A DNA stretch of 64,000 nucleotides from Rhina ancylostomus (lineage: Eukaryota): the NCBI GenBank assembly GCA_030265395.1, contig JARFYF010000046.1, positions 14,808,082-14,872,081 of the forward strand, read 5' to 3'. The notes beneath the pieces are model-generated. The model saw only the letters and a program-made list of their open reading frames with translations, was not told the origin of the DNA and made no database searches. The translations under genes were made by a program, and so were the position numbers. Numbering within the stretch: position 1 is the first letter of the stretch; each line of letters starts with the position of its first letter. Positions 51,024 through 64,000 of this stretch are shown here, piece by piece.

Positions 51024-54000
51024 TAGGGCAGTGGATGTTGTCCACGTGGTATTTAGTAAAGTGTTCAACAAGGTCCTTCATGGTAGGCTGGTCCAGATGA
51101 TTAAATCATGTGGGATCCATGAAGAGTTGGTAAATTAGCTTGGTCATAGAAGGCAGAGGGTAGTGGTTAGCGTTTGTGACCAGTGATGTTAAACAAGAAT
51201 CTGTGCTGGGACCTTTGTTGTTTGTGATATATAACTAACTTAGATGAAAATTTAGGTGCTCTGATTAGCACATTTGCAGATGATACAAAAATTGGTGGAG
51301 TTATGGACAGAGAGAAAAGTTGTCAAAGGCTAGAGAAGAATATAGATCAAATAGAAATTTGGGCAAAGAAATGGCAGATGGAGTTTAATCCAGACAAGCG
51401 TGAAGTGATGCATTTTGGGAGGCTAAATGCAAGAGGAAAGTATACAGTAAATGGCTGGAGAGGGATCTTGAGGTGCAAGTCCATAGCTCCCTGAAAGCTG
51501 CAACACAAGTGGATTGGGTGGAAATGGTGACATATGGCATGTTTGCCTTCATCGCTCTGGGCATTGAGTATAATTATGCCACATTTGGAGTATTGTGTGC
51601 AGTTCTGCTTGCAAACTATAAGAAGGATGTGGAGCTTTTGGAGAGAGTGCAGAAGAGATTCACCAGGATGTTGCTTTGATTGGAATGTATTAGCTAGAAG
51701 GAGAGGTTGGACAAGCTTTAACTTTTTTCTCTGGTCTGGAGCAAACAGGCTGAGTGGCAACCTACCATAAGTCATGAGGGGCATAGACAGGGTAGATAGT
51801 CAGAATCTTTTTCTCAAGGTGGAAATGGCAAATACTGGAGCACAAAGGTTTAATTTGAGAGAGGGAAAGTTTAATGGAGATTTGTGAAGCAAGTTTTCTT
51901 TTACACACAGAGAGTGGTAGGTGTCTGGATTGCACTGCCAGAGAAGGTGGTAGAAGCAGATACAATTGCAATGTTAAAGAGGAATTTAGATGGACATATG
52001 AACAGGCAGGGAGGCATTTAGAAAGACACATGAACAGGCAGAGAATAGAGGTATATGTGCAGGCAGATGGGATTAGTTTGGATTGGTTTCATGGTCGGCA
52101 CAGACATAGTGGACCAAAAGGCTTGTACTTGTACTGTACTGTTCTATGTTCTATTCTCAATTCCTGTATATGTGATGCAATCATTTGGCAACATCGGAGT
52201 CAGTGAATCAATTATAAACCAAAGCCTGACCCTGAGTTTTCATAATTAGAATCACATGGCACAACTCCACCTGGAGTTTAAAAATGATCATTGCTTTCTT
52301 TTCATCCATTAGTTTGAATTATCTACTAATATCCCTGATATTGAAAAAATATTTGAGGATTTGGTCTTTAAACCCANNNNNNNNNNCCAGCCGTATAAAT
52401 ATTTATGCAACAATATAAATATGAGACAAAAGGTCACAAGCCGAGTGTACTTGCAGGAAAAGGATTGTGTATCAAGAGGAATCTTGGCTTTTTTCAGTGT
52501 TCAATGTTGATAACATTGGTTAATGTTAAATGGAGAATTTTCACTTTGGGCACTGTACCAGTACAAAATACATCCAACTTAAGATTGTCTGGCCAAGTGA
52601 GAACACAGGAAGTAGTAAGCTTTAGGACTTCAGAAGTAACAAGAGGTAACTTCAGATTAACAAATGCCTTATTGATATCAATAGTGAATGAAGGACAAGG
52701 TATAAGATTGTAAGTAGAGGTGATTGGAATATCATATACAAGATGAGTTTTTAAGATGACCTCATAATTAACAGTCATTGTGGAATAAATGACTGAAGAA
52801 ATATTTAATGACTCTCGGGAGGACTGAACAGCCAAAGATTTGGCTGGAAATTCCATTTCAGAAGTTGATTTTGATTTATTTGAAAGCTTTTAATTTACTA
52901 TTAGTTTTGCTCTGGGTTATTTGGAATAAGTGTGAGAACCTGTCAAAAGAACCAAATTCTCTTTATAAATGTATATTGCTCAAAATATTGTGGCAAAATG
53001 AAANNNNNNNNNNNNNNNNNNNACATGTTGATTATAACTTTCAGGCAACACAGAATGCAGCCAGCTTTAAGGAGTTAAGCTGTGAGATTGTTAGATCAAT
53101 ACATTCATCATCAACAGTATTACATGCAACATATTAAGGCTCCCTTACTAAAAGCTATGAGAATTTGTTTCAAGGAGGTTTGTGAATGGAGTTAGAAGAG
53201 GACAGTTGAAAGCAACTGTACAGATACATCTGCAATCACTGCTGATGCTGACAGCAAATACAGGCTTGTCACGTGATGAGACTATATTAAGGTATTGAGA
53301 TTAGATTGTTATTCTGTTTGGTGTCCTCTTCAGTAAAACATCTCCTTCAAATGTTTTCGAAGTTTGTGGGAACATCATCCTTTCAAGATATACTGTCAAA
53401 CCATGTTGTGCTTTGTGCTAGTTCTGTTTTGGTTGTTTCTTGACTGGTAACATTTGTATTTAGTTAGGAACAATTTTTATTTGTGTTGTTTCCTCATTGT
53501 AAGCAAATGTTACTCCACTGGTGTTTGATTCATTTTCCCGTGTGGAAGCACTAGACTTTTAAACCTCTGAGACTCAGAATGGAATGGCTTTAAAACTCTT
53601 AACAGATGGCACAATTTAACTATATAAATCTGGATTTATGAAATCTCCAGTCTGTTTGAAAATTGGATTAACAATGAATTTTAAATTATGATTCATTGTG
53701 GATTAATAAATATATTTGAACAGTCAGGAGCTGGAACAAAAAGGATGTGTAAACCAGTAATTGATGATATCTTACAGTCAAACCCTTCAGCCTTGGACCT
53801 TTCTGGATGCCAACGTACTTTCCCAGTACTCTAATCATGGCCCTAGTGAGATTGTTTATAACACAGTAACACTCCAGAAAGGTTATCTGAGCTTTTAATG
53901 CATCTCATAGTCTGATAATTGGTTGGTGAGCAGGTGGTGGGGGCACTGACAAGAAACTTTAATTAATGACAGTGACAAAAAGCATCATAAACAGGATCTT

Positions 54001-54844
54001 TATTGAAGTTTCAAAGCCATTGGCACAGATATGTGTGTGTTAATGTGTCTATGGTATGTATATGCACTTATATATTATATACACAATACTACACATATGT
54101 CCACCATACACATGTTCAGGTAGAAATTCATACAAACCCAATTAAAGGGATTGAATGAAGTTGTTGGGGTGCAGGAGGCACAGGTTTGGGATACAGCATG
54201 TTCCTGAATTCCTTAGGTAAAGTAAATATGAGTGGGATAGCTGTTTTAAAACAACCAAAGGAATTGCACATCTTGAGCAAGAGGATGATAAGAGTAATTG
54301 CTGAAGCTAGGGAACAGAATATAAGTACACAGAACCATTTGCAACTAGCAAGGCAGCTCAGTCATTAGCTGCTTCGTGGGAATGGGCAGGAACTGGGGCA
54401 GGCTGGGTTGAACCAAAAGAGACAAAGTATCCTGGACATTCTAATCACGCAGCACAATACTTCTGCACTATCAGGAAATAAATGCTAGTTACTGCACTGT
54501 TCCCAAACAATGCCAGACTGCTTCTATGCACAGTATGCTTACACATTGAATGCTACAGACTCAACAAGTGGTAACAAATGATGTACAGTGCACAGACACC
54601 AGAAAATGCTGAAATAGATCTATGCAATTTAAAGGGGACATGCCTCCCTAACTCTGGCTGCACCCACCAACATACCCTAGCCCCATTGTGACCCTCATAC
54701 CCCCCCAAACCCTCAGATCACGGGTCCCAACCCCTCAAGCAATAGTCAACTGTGACCTTCAGAAGCCCTGACCTGGATTTTCAGGTCCTGATGCCACCCT
54801 GAATGACACACTGACCCTCCTCACCCCACATCTCTCAGTTTTCT

Positions 54845-54910
54845 AACTCAGCAAGCCAGGTAGCTGTGGAAAAAGAGACAATTCACATTTCAGGTCCAGG
54901 ACCCTTCATC
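54845..54910 (+). mobile_element. Left arm of palindromic Penelope-type element
   Basis: AACTCAGCAAGCCAGGTAGCTGTGGAAAAGAGACAATTCACATTTCAGGTCCAGGACCCTTCATC. Confidence 0.6.
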
Positions 54911-57705
54911 TCACCACAAGACCCCGTGACCCTTGGCCAACCCAAGTTCCTCCAGTCACTCCACCACTGTGTGCAGGGCCTGTTCTATTGTGCTTGATGC
55001 CCTGACCCTCATACCCAATAGAAAATTGCTGAGGCCAATCAGCAAANNNNNNNNNNNNNNNNNNNNNNNNNNNNNNNNNNNNNNNNNNNNNNNNNNNNNN
55101 NNNNNNNNNNNNNNNNNNNNNNNNNNNNNNNNNNNNNNNNNNNNNNTTTGCTGAGGACAATCAGCAAATTGATGCAACTTTTCTGGCATGTAACAGTTTT
55201 TAAATTCAGTAACAATTAGCAAAAAACAAAACTAAGGAAGACACACATAGAAAGTTTGACAGGGTAACAAAAATGCAACAATAGAAAAGGAAGAACAGGT
55301 TATTTTGACTATAGAGTTTTATTGCTTCTTGTTTGGATCTGTTTTAATCAACTGAGAGATTACCTATTCAGATGATTCAACACCTCCATAAAGATCTTGT
55401 CATATGGCTGCCTGAATGGTGAAAGGAAAATTCAATTGACTATCAATTTTTGACTTCATGTTTCTTACATCCCTGCGAATGGGAGAGAAAAATGAGAAAG
55501 GAAAATTTCATTGGGTTTATAAAGCACCTTCCAGAACTTTGGGGTGCCCAATGCCCCATGACCAATTAAATGTTTTCCAATGCTTGTGCAATATAACAGG
55601 GGAACCAATTTATACCAAGGCAGTAATGACCTTGCAATCTGTTCTTTGAAAGATAACTATTACACCATAAGAGGGAAAGTTAGGGAAGGAAGGGGAGAGC
55701 AAGTGTGGGAGTGAAAGAGGTGAGGTGGGGAAGAAAAACATGGAGCCTGCAGAGAGAGCAAGGGAGAGAGAAGAGAGGAGAGAAAGAAGAAAAACAAAAA
55801 TCACAGATTGATGAATAGAGGAAAACAAGAGGGAAATTGTCATGAGGGAGCTAAGAACCATGATCAATTCTCCCAAGGGATCTGAAAGCGCTATGCATTC
55901 CAAGCATTTAAGACCAACATAACACAACCTACAAAGCATATTTCACAATATTTAACCAGTCCAATCACAGCCACAAAGCCCAAACCAGAACGTTGATATT
56001 CTTGATGGCTGCTTTTCTAGATATCTAGATAACAATACCCAACACCTCAGTGAGAAACAAAACAGTGACATCCTTGCAAGTAACATAACACTGCATTTGA
56101 TGAACCAAATTAATTATTGGAAACACAATGGCTAATACTAATAATTGCCTTTAAAACATTCTGAAATGTTTCATTTACTCATTGTTTCTTGATAAATTTG
56201 CCTCAATTGCAAGCAATATATATCCTATGGATACAGTACATCTTATTTATACACTGAATATTTCATCAACCTGTTACCTCCAGTGCCTGCTCTGAAATTG
56301 GGTATTTTTAATACAATTATATTTTTATGGAGTTGGGTATTCCCAAAATTAGTTCTGAAAGCATCTAGTTGGTGTATCTTTCATAAACATCATCCATTTG
56401 AGCAATTGTTATGTCGAATCATTTAGTTTCCACCCTCTCATCCAAAATAAAACAGTAACGTAACTAATTGCGTTTCCTGTCCAGGTTATTATGGTAAAAC
56501 AAAATATTGACATGATTCTTTTGTCTCCTTCACCTGATTCAAATATGATGATGACCTTCAAAAAAAAAACTACTTCAAATAGTTAATACCTCCATAAGTC
56601 TGACAGAACTGAATTCAAATAATTCTGGAAAAAAAATCAGATATCTGTGTTAAGTTGGATCCAAGCACAAGTGCCTGACACAACCATCACAAACCATGTT
56701 TGCCAAGGAGAGGGAAAGGGGAAAATCAGAAAGGATGAGAAGTCCACGAACAAGTTGATTGAATCCATGTAGATAGCTCAAGGGCAGCTTGAACAGCAGT
56801 TTAGGAATTTATATCCTCTCACTTGAGAAGCACGTTGTGTGCCAGCGAGTGACACAGAGACAGAAGAAAGTAACTTTAAAAAGTAGTCAAAAGATAAATA
56901 ATGAAACAGCTGTTTGAAAAAGGATTGGGAAAAGATGCTCAGTCTCCAGTGGGATGAATAATAAATTACCTTTGTCATCAAGTAAGCTTTTTGTAACCAA
57001 ATAATAGTGTCACTGCCACTATGGATAAAAATGCCATTCACATCGTGAATCTTGAAATGACATGTCATTCCTGCAACACATGGTTACGATTCAGGAGAAG
57101 TGTATTTTAGCCTTTAAACATTCAGGTTACACCACATATGCTAGAAATGTTACATGACAGTACATTTTAAGATTCTATTATTTGGACACAAGCACGACTT
57201 CTGGCATTGATCAAAGGTCAAACCATACCAAATACAGCAGAGCCCAAGTTCAGTGTTGAAGTACTGTCACAAAGGCAGCTTTTGGCAATGAAGAATGGAT
57301 AGTTGTTGTTATATTTCTTTTCAGGTTACTTTTCTTAATTTTTCTCATCTGCAGAAGTAGCAAAACATAGATGAGGGAACACAACCTCCAGGATATTATT
57401 TTCTACTTCAGATAAAAAATTCAAGACATGTTGTATTTGTAAGATGACTTTTTTTCTAGGATGCATTCTTTAAAGTTTTAATTTTGAGTTCACTGTCTTG
57501 ATGTTTACTGGGATTTGATTTCTGGGTGGGTTTGAGCTTACCCCAAGGAACTATCTAGACAGGCCCAGTAACCTATGAAAGTTACGGAGGCTCTGATATT
57601 CTCGACTTTATGTCACTACAGGTGGCTGTATTTCCCAGCTTCTCTGTAGCTGTCTGGTTTACTTTGCCCAGAGGGTGCAGGACCCTGCCAGGAAACTTGC
57701 TTATT

Positions 57706-57828
57706 GTTCTGATGAAGAGCTTTTGACCTGAAANNNNNNNNNNNCTGTTCTTTCTATAGGTACTACCTGACCCGAGTGGGTCCAACATTTTCTCTTTTTG
57801 TTTCAGGTTTCCAGCATCTGCAGTTTTA
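57706..57828 (+). mobile_element. Right arm of palindromic Penelope-type element with hammerhead-like core
   Basis: CTGATGA (57709-15), AGAGCTTTTGACCT, GAAA (57730-33), short N gap, then ..TTTCAGGTTTCCAGCATCTGCAGT. Confidence 0.7.
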
Positions 57829-58084
57829 TGATTTTCAAACTTGCCTAATCATCGGTGTTGGGAAAAATAAACATGATGCAAAATAGTGAATACTGAGACA
57901 TTATGGTGGTTACTGTGGGAGTTACAGTTCTTTCCTCACTCAGCATTTGGTTTCAATATTGGATATTAAACACCTCTGGGGTGCTTTGCAGGAAACATAA
58001 CCCCCTGTGACTGATGAGTTCAAGGATCATCCTGTGCCCCACCACCTAACCCAGGTAAAAAGACCTTGCCCTTAGTGTGGTTCC

Positions 58085-58433
58085 AAGGAGGTTTACAGCC
58101 ACTGAAGTACTACTCATGTTGTCACTTTTGTAATGTAGGAATGATGGCAGCTAAATTGAACACAGCAAGCTCCTGCCAATGACTATACGATCTGCTCTTT
58201 GCAACGTTAACAATTACCAGTGACACTTCAGAACAGCGCAATGGGCTCTTTGAAGCCAGACTGAAAGAATGGATAGACCACAATTTAGCACCTCATCTGA
58301 AAGACGGTGCTTGCAACAGTTTTGTGTTCCCTCACTGTTGTAATGGGTTGCCTGGAACCTTGTATTCAAGTATTGATGGGACACAAACCCACAATCTTCT
58401 GGCTCAGGGGGATAGAGTACCACTGACTAGGCC
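58085..58433 (-). mobile_element. Deu-domain SINE (SacSINE1/AmnSINE-like)
   Basis: Reverse complement: tRNA-like head CAGTGGTACTCT..CTGAGCCAGAAGATTGTGGGTTTG, Deu core GCACCGTCTTTCAGATGAGGTGCTAAAT, 3' part CCTACATTACAAAAGTGAC..GTACTTCAGTGGCTGTAAAC. Confidence 0.75.
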
Positions 58434-59669
58434 CCATTCAACATTGGAACTGATGATGTAACTACTTGCTGGACCCCACAGACAATATGGCAAAAATTAC
58501 CCACTACACAACAAGTTCTAGTTGGAGATTAGGTGGAAACCCAGTTTTACCTGAACACCAAAAAGTTTTAATGCTGCAACATTTGTACTGATGGCGAATT
58601 GATTATCTTGGCTCCCTGTCNNNNNNNNNNNNNNNNNNNNNNNNNNNNNNNNNNNNNNNNNNNNNNNNNNNNNNNNNNNNNNNNNNNNNNNNNNNNNNNN
58701 NNNNNNNNNNNNNNNNNNNNCTTGGCTCCCTGTCTTGTGCAGAATTCCCTGGAAAGGCTACAGTCCAGGACCAGGTTTGATTCCTGCTTCTCTGGATAGG
58801 GATAGCAAGGTGGGGCAAGACTAGAGTCTAATTTCATACTGGCAGAATCAGAGGGAAGTGAAAGAAAGGGGAGACTAGGCAATTGCAGGGCTTGCCTCAT
58901 GGGTGGGAGAATCAGTAGTCGCAGAGGTGGAGTCCAATTACAGGGGTGTGGTCTTATTGGAGGGGAGAGGGTCCAACACCCACAGTCAATGTCTGATCAC
59001 CCGCGTTAAATCTTCTAAAGGTTCGTGGTTTGGGATGATGTCAGAGATTAAAATAAACATGCTTCGAGCAAGATCGACACCTGATCTGGATGGGCCCATA
59101 ACTAGTTTAAAGCCTTGAATCAAAGTCTGACGGCCAATCAACACATTTGAAGTGAATCAGTTGTTTAATTATAATGATGGCATCTACCTTCAGAATAACA
59201 GTAATTTATTTCAAACCTCAGGGTATCTGACCACTGAGAATATGTCAAGGGCTAAACTCACAAGGCAACTGCCCTCACAACACTGCAGGTGCAAATATAT
59301 TTCCTCCTGGGCCAACAAGACATCCCACCATTCAATCCCACAAAGTGACTATTCTCTCCAGATCATCAATTGATATTCTCTCACCATCTTCACCCCTCCT
59401 CTAGTGATCTGGATCCATTCCTGCTGTCTGCCCCCACAAACCCTCTCTGTCCTAACTATGACAAGTAACTGATGTACTATTCACTAGGCTTGGGTCCAGT
59501 AGAATAGGCTTTCTAACTAGAAAGGCTTCAGTCTGTCTAGCAACTTGTTTCATGCAGGAACCTCAACTTTAAAGGAGCCCTGCAAGTTAATTCTGGAAAC
59601 ATGCAATTCCACATCTTCTCAGCACACAATATGCACATCACCCACCCACCCTCCCCTTCTCCTTTACAA

Positions 59670-60192
59670 GCACCACCCATCTAGAATCATGGAANNNNNN
59701 NNNNNNNNNNNNNNNNNNNNNNNNNNNNNNNNNNNNNNNNNNNNNNNNNNNNNNNNNNNNNNNNNNNNNNNNNNNNNNNNNNNNNNNNNNNNNNGAGCAT
59801 CTGCTCTAGATCTAGTAGGATGCTGAACAGCTTTTTCCCCCACAAGCAGTCAGGATCATAAATGGACTGTGTCCCCTTCCACTTCCGACAAGCTCTCCTT
59901 CCACAGACACGTACATACAGAAACTGTTTGATAGTTAGTTACCTACCTGATAATTTGAACTTCACCTCGAACTGAATAAGCACTTATTAATATATAACTG
60001 CACTTTAATAGATATGAATGTGGTGTTGATACGTTTTTAGCTTTGTTTTAGAAATGTTTTTATAGAATATTTTAGATATTTATCATTGTTCTTTTTGTTG
60101 CACTGATATGAGCTGGCAAGAAACAGTATTTCATTTCTTTGTGTATGGAAATACTCAAAGAAATGACAATAAAGTAAATCTTGAATCTTGAA
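59670..60192 (+). mobile_element. Rex1/Babar-like LINE 3' end (spans an N gap)
   Basis: SICSRSSRMLNSFFP(Q)AVRIIN resembles the Rex1-type C-terminus RT.RL.NSFFPQAVRLLN; 3' UTR ends ATGACAATAAAGTA-AATCTTG-AATCTTG. Confidence 0.75.
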
Positions 60193-61234
60193 AGATACCT
60201 ACATCTGCTGTGTTATACTCTCAGTTGTAGCTCATCTTTCCTTTCAACAAAGTACTTCTTGTCACAATCTGTGGGTCCTAGGCAGTTTTGTTATTGCTAC
60301 AACACCTACAATTTCCATCCAATTTTCTTTGCTCAATAGCTGTTGGGTTTCTCAAGGCTCATGAAACATGGCTGTCCATTGTTAGTGTAGGAAGAGGTAA
60401 AAACCAAGGGACCCAGTGAAAAAAACTAATATCCAACCAGTTGCATGGGAGTTGCTTGATTAACGATCCCTCAACCCACATTTGCTAAAAGCAGAGGCAA
60501 GACATTCAAAGTGGCTTGAGTTCAAGTGCAACATTTTTTAAAAAATGTTAATCTTCCACCCATATAAAACAACCATTTTTGAGGATTAAGAGTACCCTCA
60601 ATAATCCTATTAAAACTTTCTACAGAAATACCAATCGCATTCTCCGCAAAGTTTGGTTCCAGCTGGAAGACAGCCCAAAAACAACTAGACATAAACTACC
60701 TTCACAAAATACCTGTAAATCAATCATGGAAGATACTCACAGAAAATCCCAAGGTTTTTTTGTGTACATTTTGTATAAAAAAGATATTCACATTTATCTC
60801 CTTCTCTAGCTGTTGCAAAAAAAAGTCTAAGAATTTTCTGTCCAGGCAATTTGATCATCAAGGAGACATTTTACTAAGGTAAAGATACAAGTTGCTGTAA
60901 CAGTATAAATTATGATTAACCATTCCTAATAGCTTTACTACAATCAAAAATATGTATTTGGAACTATACATACTCTGCATGAGTTTTCAGGCCTCTCTCT
61001 CATTAACTTAGATTACGTTCCAGAGGATTTTTACCCTTTTGCATTACTTAAAAAGTTAGATAATTAAAACTATTGTCACCTATGATACAGGAAATTAACC
61101 AGTGTCATTTTGGGTCAAAGAGCCATCCATACTGGTTCAGTCTCCAATCCACATGCTTTCCAAATTACAGGCAAGCTGGAAATATTTAGTATCTACAGGC
61201 CCCAAGTACTAAGGGAACACCTCAACCGTTTTTA

Positions 61235-61487
61235 ACATCTGGTTTGATAAAAAGCTTTGATTCAGTAATGGTAGCTAAGAAACTGCCTAATCGCTGTGAA
61301 ACTTCATTTGGTTTACTAAAGCCCTTCAAGGAAGGAAATCTGTTATTCTTACCTGATCTAGTTTATATAAGACTCTAGGCCCAAAAATGTGTTGGATGTT
61401 AGCTGACCTCTTAGTTCAAGGGTAATTATGGATGGACAATAAGTGCTGTCATTGCCAGTGATGACCACATCTCAAACACAAATGAAT
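61235..61487 (+). mobile_element. tRNA-head SINE family, 5'-degraded copy
   Basis: CAGTAATGGTAGC..TGGTTTACTAAAGCCCTTCAAGGAAGGAAATCTG..CTTACCTGATCT..GATGGACAATAAGTGCTG..TGCCAGTGATGACCACATC. Confidence 0.75.
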
Positions 61488-63223
61488 AGGAAAATATCAT
61501 GGAGTTACTTTGCCAGGGGCCATCAAACTGCATCTTTCAGGGAGCCATGCCAAAACTGAAGGTGTAGTTCACGTGTATCCTAAAAGCTCGAGGTCCTCTC
61601 AAAACACTTACATTTACCAATTTGCTTTTTTTCTCAATGCTATTTGAAAGAAAATTCTAGTATGAATACAGCCTTTGAGCACTCCGCAAATTTTAGAGTT
61701 ACTAAGTCCCATACAAATTATGCAGGTCAAAGATAAATTGCATTTAAATATTATTTGGTTACTATATTATTCAGTCTGAAATTTATTATAAGCAAATGAT
61801 CTTTTACTACAACTCCAGATGTTCATTCCCTGTTTATATTGTTTTTCTTAAATGAAACCAATTTTCCTCATAAGTATTACCAAAAAGTATAGTTAGTGTT
61901 AAAATCTGTGTCATTCCTTGTGTCTTGGACAGTTTCTTCATTTAACTATTCTCTATCATGGTTTCTAAAAGGTTGAAAGTCCTTAATGAGCTAAGTTCTC
62001 TTCAGTTTATCAGGGCAATCTATTATTTGATGGATCCAAACCTAAATGTACCCATTAATACAGGTGACCACTGGTCAATTGATTTGGAATGAACGAATAA
62101 ATCCAATCTGAAATTGATAGGGAGAACACAAGAAAAAAGCTGAAGCCCTGACTCTTCATCCATATAATCCAACCTACAACACATACTAACTGACAAGAAA
62201 CTTCAGCACACTTACAACTAGTGCAGTCATTTAATTAAAAAACAGAAGAACAATTATAATGCACTCAAAAAAGTCCCTGGAATATCACATAAACCTCATA
62301 AGCATTAACATTCAGGGTTCTAGTCAGATGTTAAAATCTTTTTCCACTTAAATCACTGAGATAGAAGGTTTCCAAAGCTGTGGTTTTCAAAGTTGTTGTT
62401 TTCAAAGCTGTGAATTATTGCATTCCTACATTTATTACTCTAAAAAGATCTGAAATTTATATGCATCTAAGAAAACTTTTCTAAAGAAACAAATGAAGCA
62501 GCTTGTCATTATATTCTTATTGATGATTACATTAGAAAAGGAAGAGGTCAGCCCTTTCATTAGTCAGTCTGTCTGGCACCAGTAGCAAACATTGCCAAGT
62601 GAAATTTGTGAGAGCCCCCTGCTGTTAGAGGCAGGCAGAGACTAAAACGATCTGCTTCTAACAGAGATGTGACATTCTTAGTGAGGCACAGGCCAAACAC
62701 AAAACAATGAAAAGGTTACAAGTTCTAACCTACCTTTCCACCTGAACTTGAGATTAACATTCTGCATTTCTCTTCAGTCAAAGACACAGCCATGCAAAAA
62801 CAGGAGACTTTATTTTGTTAATTAGGAATAACTACAAAGTGTCACAGCAAAATTGGGACCCAATGCTTGGGACATTGTTTTTTTTGAAGTTTGTCCAGTG
62901 TGTTGTGTGTGACCAGAGATAATGAATGATCTTTTGTCCATGAAAGGAAGATAAAGTGAGAGCATTGATAAGGCCTGAGTAATAAGCTTGCCTCGTGCAG
63001 TGAGCAGGATCCACTAGAATGGTCATTCACTAATTCTTCTGTGAATGGCTGGAGCCACTGTCACCTTCAATTAGGGATTGAAGGATCCCTAATAAGGGAT
63101 TGAAAAAATCATTGCCATTTCATTTCTTAGCACTGCTTCCCTTTGGACTGAGACTGTACCAGTGCCTTTCTTTGCTACACCAAAGCATCACCATCATTTG
63201 TCACTTAGTGGTATTGTTGGTCA

Positions 63224-63246
63224 CCTTATCTGGTTGCCATGGAAAC
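63224..63246. promoter_or_regulatory. Candidate GATA site plus RFX X-box
   Basis: CTTATCT immediately followed by the canonical X-box GTTGCCATGGAAAC (63233-63246). Motif match only. Confidence 0.35.
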
Positions 63247-64000
63247 ATGGGTATTTATAATTTACAAGTTCTGACTAAGTACAGTGATACACAGACCAAA
63301 GAAGTTTGTTTTACATTTTCCCCCAATAAGATCAGTCGTATTACACAATAAGCTTTAATCACTCCGTCTCAACATATATCCCGTTATAAGAGCCACATTT
63401 TTAAGTATTGAACTACATTTAAAAAATTTGAAAGTTTTATTACTAGTGAGATTAAATGTTAAACAGCAAAATCTCACTTGAAAAATAAATGAGCATCATA
63501 GAGACACATATCAGAGCCTGGTTTGGATACATTGTTGGGTTTGGGAAGGCAATTCACATTTTGGGTATTCACAAGTGGACAAGTTCCAATAGGAAGATGA
63601 ATAATTAAAAATGTACAAAAAAAGAACATTGAATAACTTACTTTCTTGGTCTTTATGGGACTGAGGCTCTGCAACTGATTTCAGAAGGAAAGTTCAACCT
63701 GAAACTTGTCCTAGTGGAAAAGGTACAGCAAAAAAACCCCTCAACACACATAGTAGTAAATAAATTTGTCTCAGTGAGTTTCCTCACTCTGCTGAGCCAC
63801 AGTGGTTTCTGTGCAGCCATATTTAAAATGGATGCATCTGCAATGTCAATGTTTCCCCAAGAACAACATGTGAAGAAAAATAGAACACCAGAACTAAGTC
63901 ACTATTTGTTTCTAAATCCCTACTCACAGACACACATTGACTATAACATCCTTCCTTTGAAAAGTTCACTTCTTTTCCCCAGCTTGCTCTCATGCAAGTA

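Larger units (their letters stand above)
48538..52157 (+). mobile_element. 5'-truncated CR1/HER1-type LINE split by an LTR composite
   Basis: RSCLTNLI..EFFEEVT..IDKGR (48538-48606) resumes as AVDVV..FSKVFNKVLHGRL at 51028; FADDTKIGG, KWQMEFNPDK, LEYCVQF, LERVQKRFTRML; tail GTACTGTTCTATGTTCTATTCT at 52136-52157. Confidence 0.92.

Noticed and set aside
51303-52206. Cluster of overlapping ORFs suggesting a gene
   Set aside because: All are fragments or antisense shadows of the frameshifted CR1 RT.
55660-55850. Hydrophobic ORF 55610-55939 resembling a membrane protein
   Set aside because: Arises from the antisense of a low-complexity GA-rich tract.
58607-58734. Direct repeat CTTGGCTCCCTGTC on both sides of a gap (similar cases at 55027-55168 and 34101-34217)
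   Set aside because: Duplicated flanks around N runs are typical of unmerged overlapping contig ends, not biological repeats.

Overview
AT-rich, CpG-depleted vertebrate genomic DNA from a gapped draft assembly. The repeat complement (CR1/HER1-type LINEs, V-SINEs, a Deu-domain SINE, a tRNA-head SINE sharing its tail with an L2/CR1-clade LINE, and a palindromic Penelope-type element) points to a cartilaginous fish, probably a ray/batoid. This taxon call is pattern recognition, not a database result. No intact protein-coding gene can be supported: the ORFs that carry recognisable motifs are decayed retroelement or PIF/Harbinger fragments, and the rest look spurious or are gap artefacts. The window is probably intergenic or deep intronic. 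Most notable features: (1) a ~2.6 kb degenerate 31-39 bp tandem array (16830-19440) whose core resembles the hammerhead-ribozyme-like centre of the dispersed palindromic element; (2) about ten whole or partial copies of that element, two with CUGAUGA/GAAA boxes; (3) a two-LTR composite inserted in a CR1 with a clean TAGG target-site duplication but a non-retroviral interior; (4) several foldback or templated-insertion scars; (5) weak candidate exons and enhancer-like motif clusters. Repeat boundaries were read by eye and are approximate unless a TSD or terminus is quoted.
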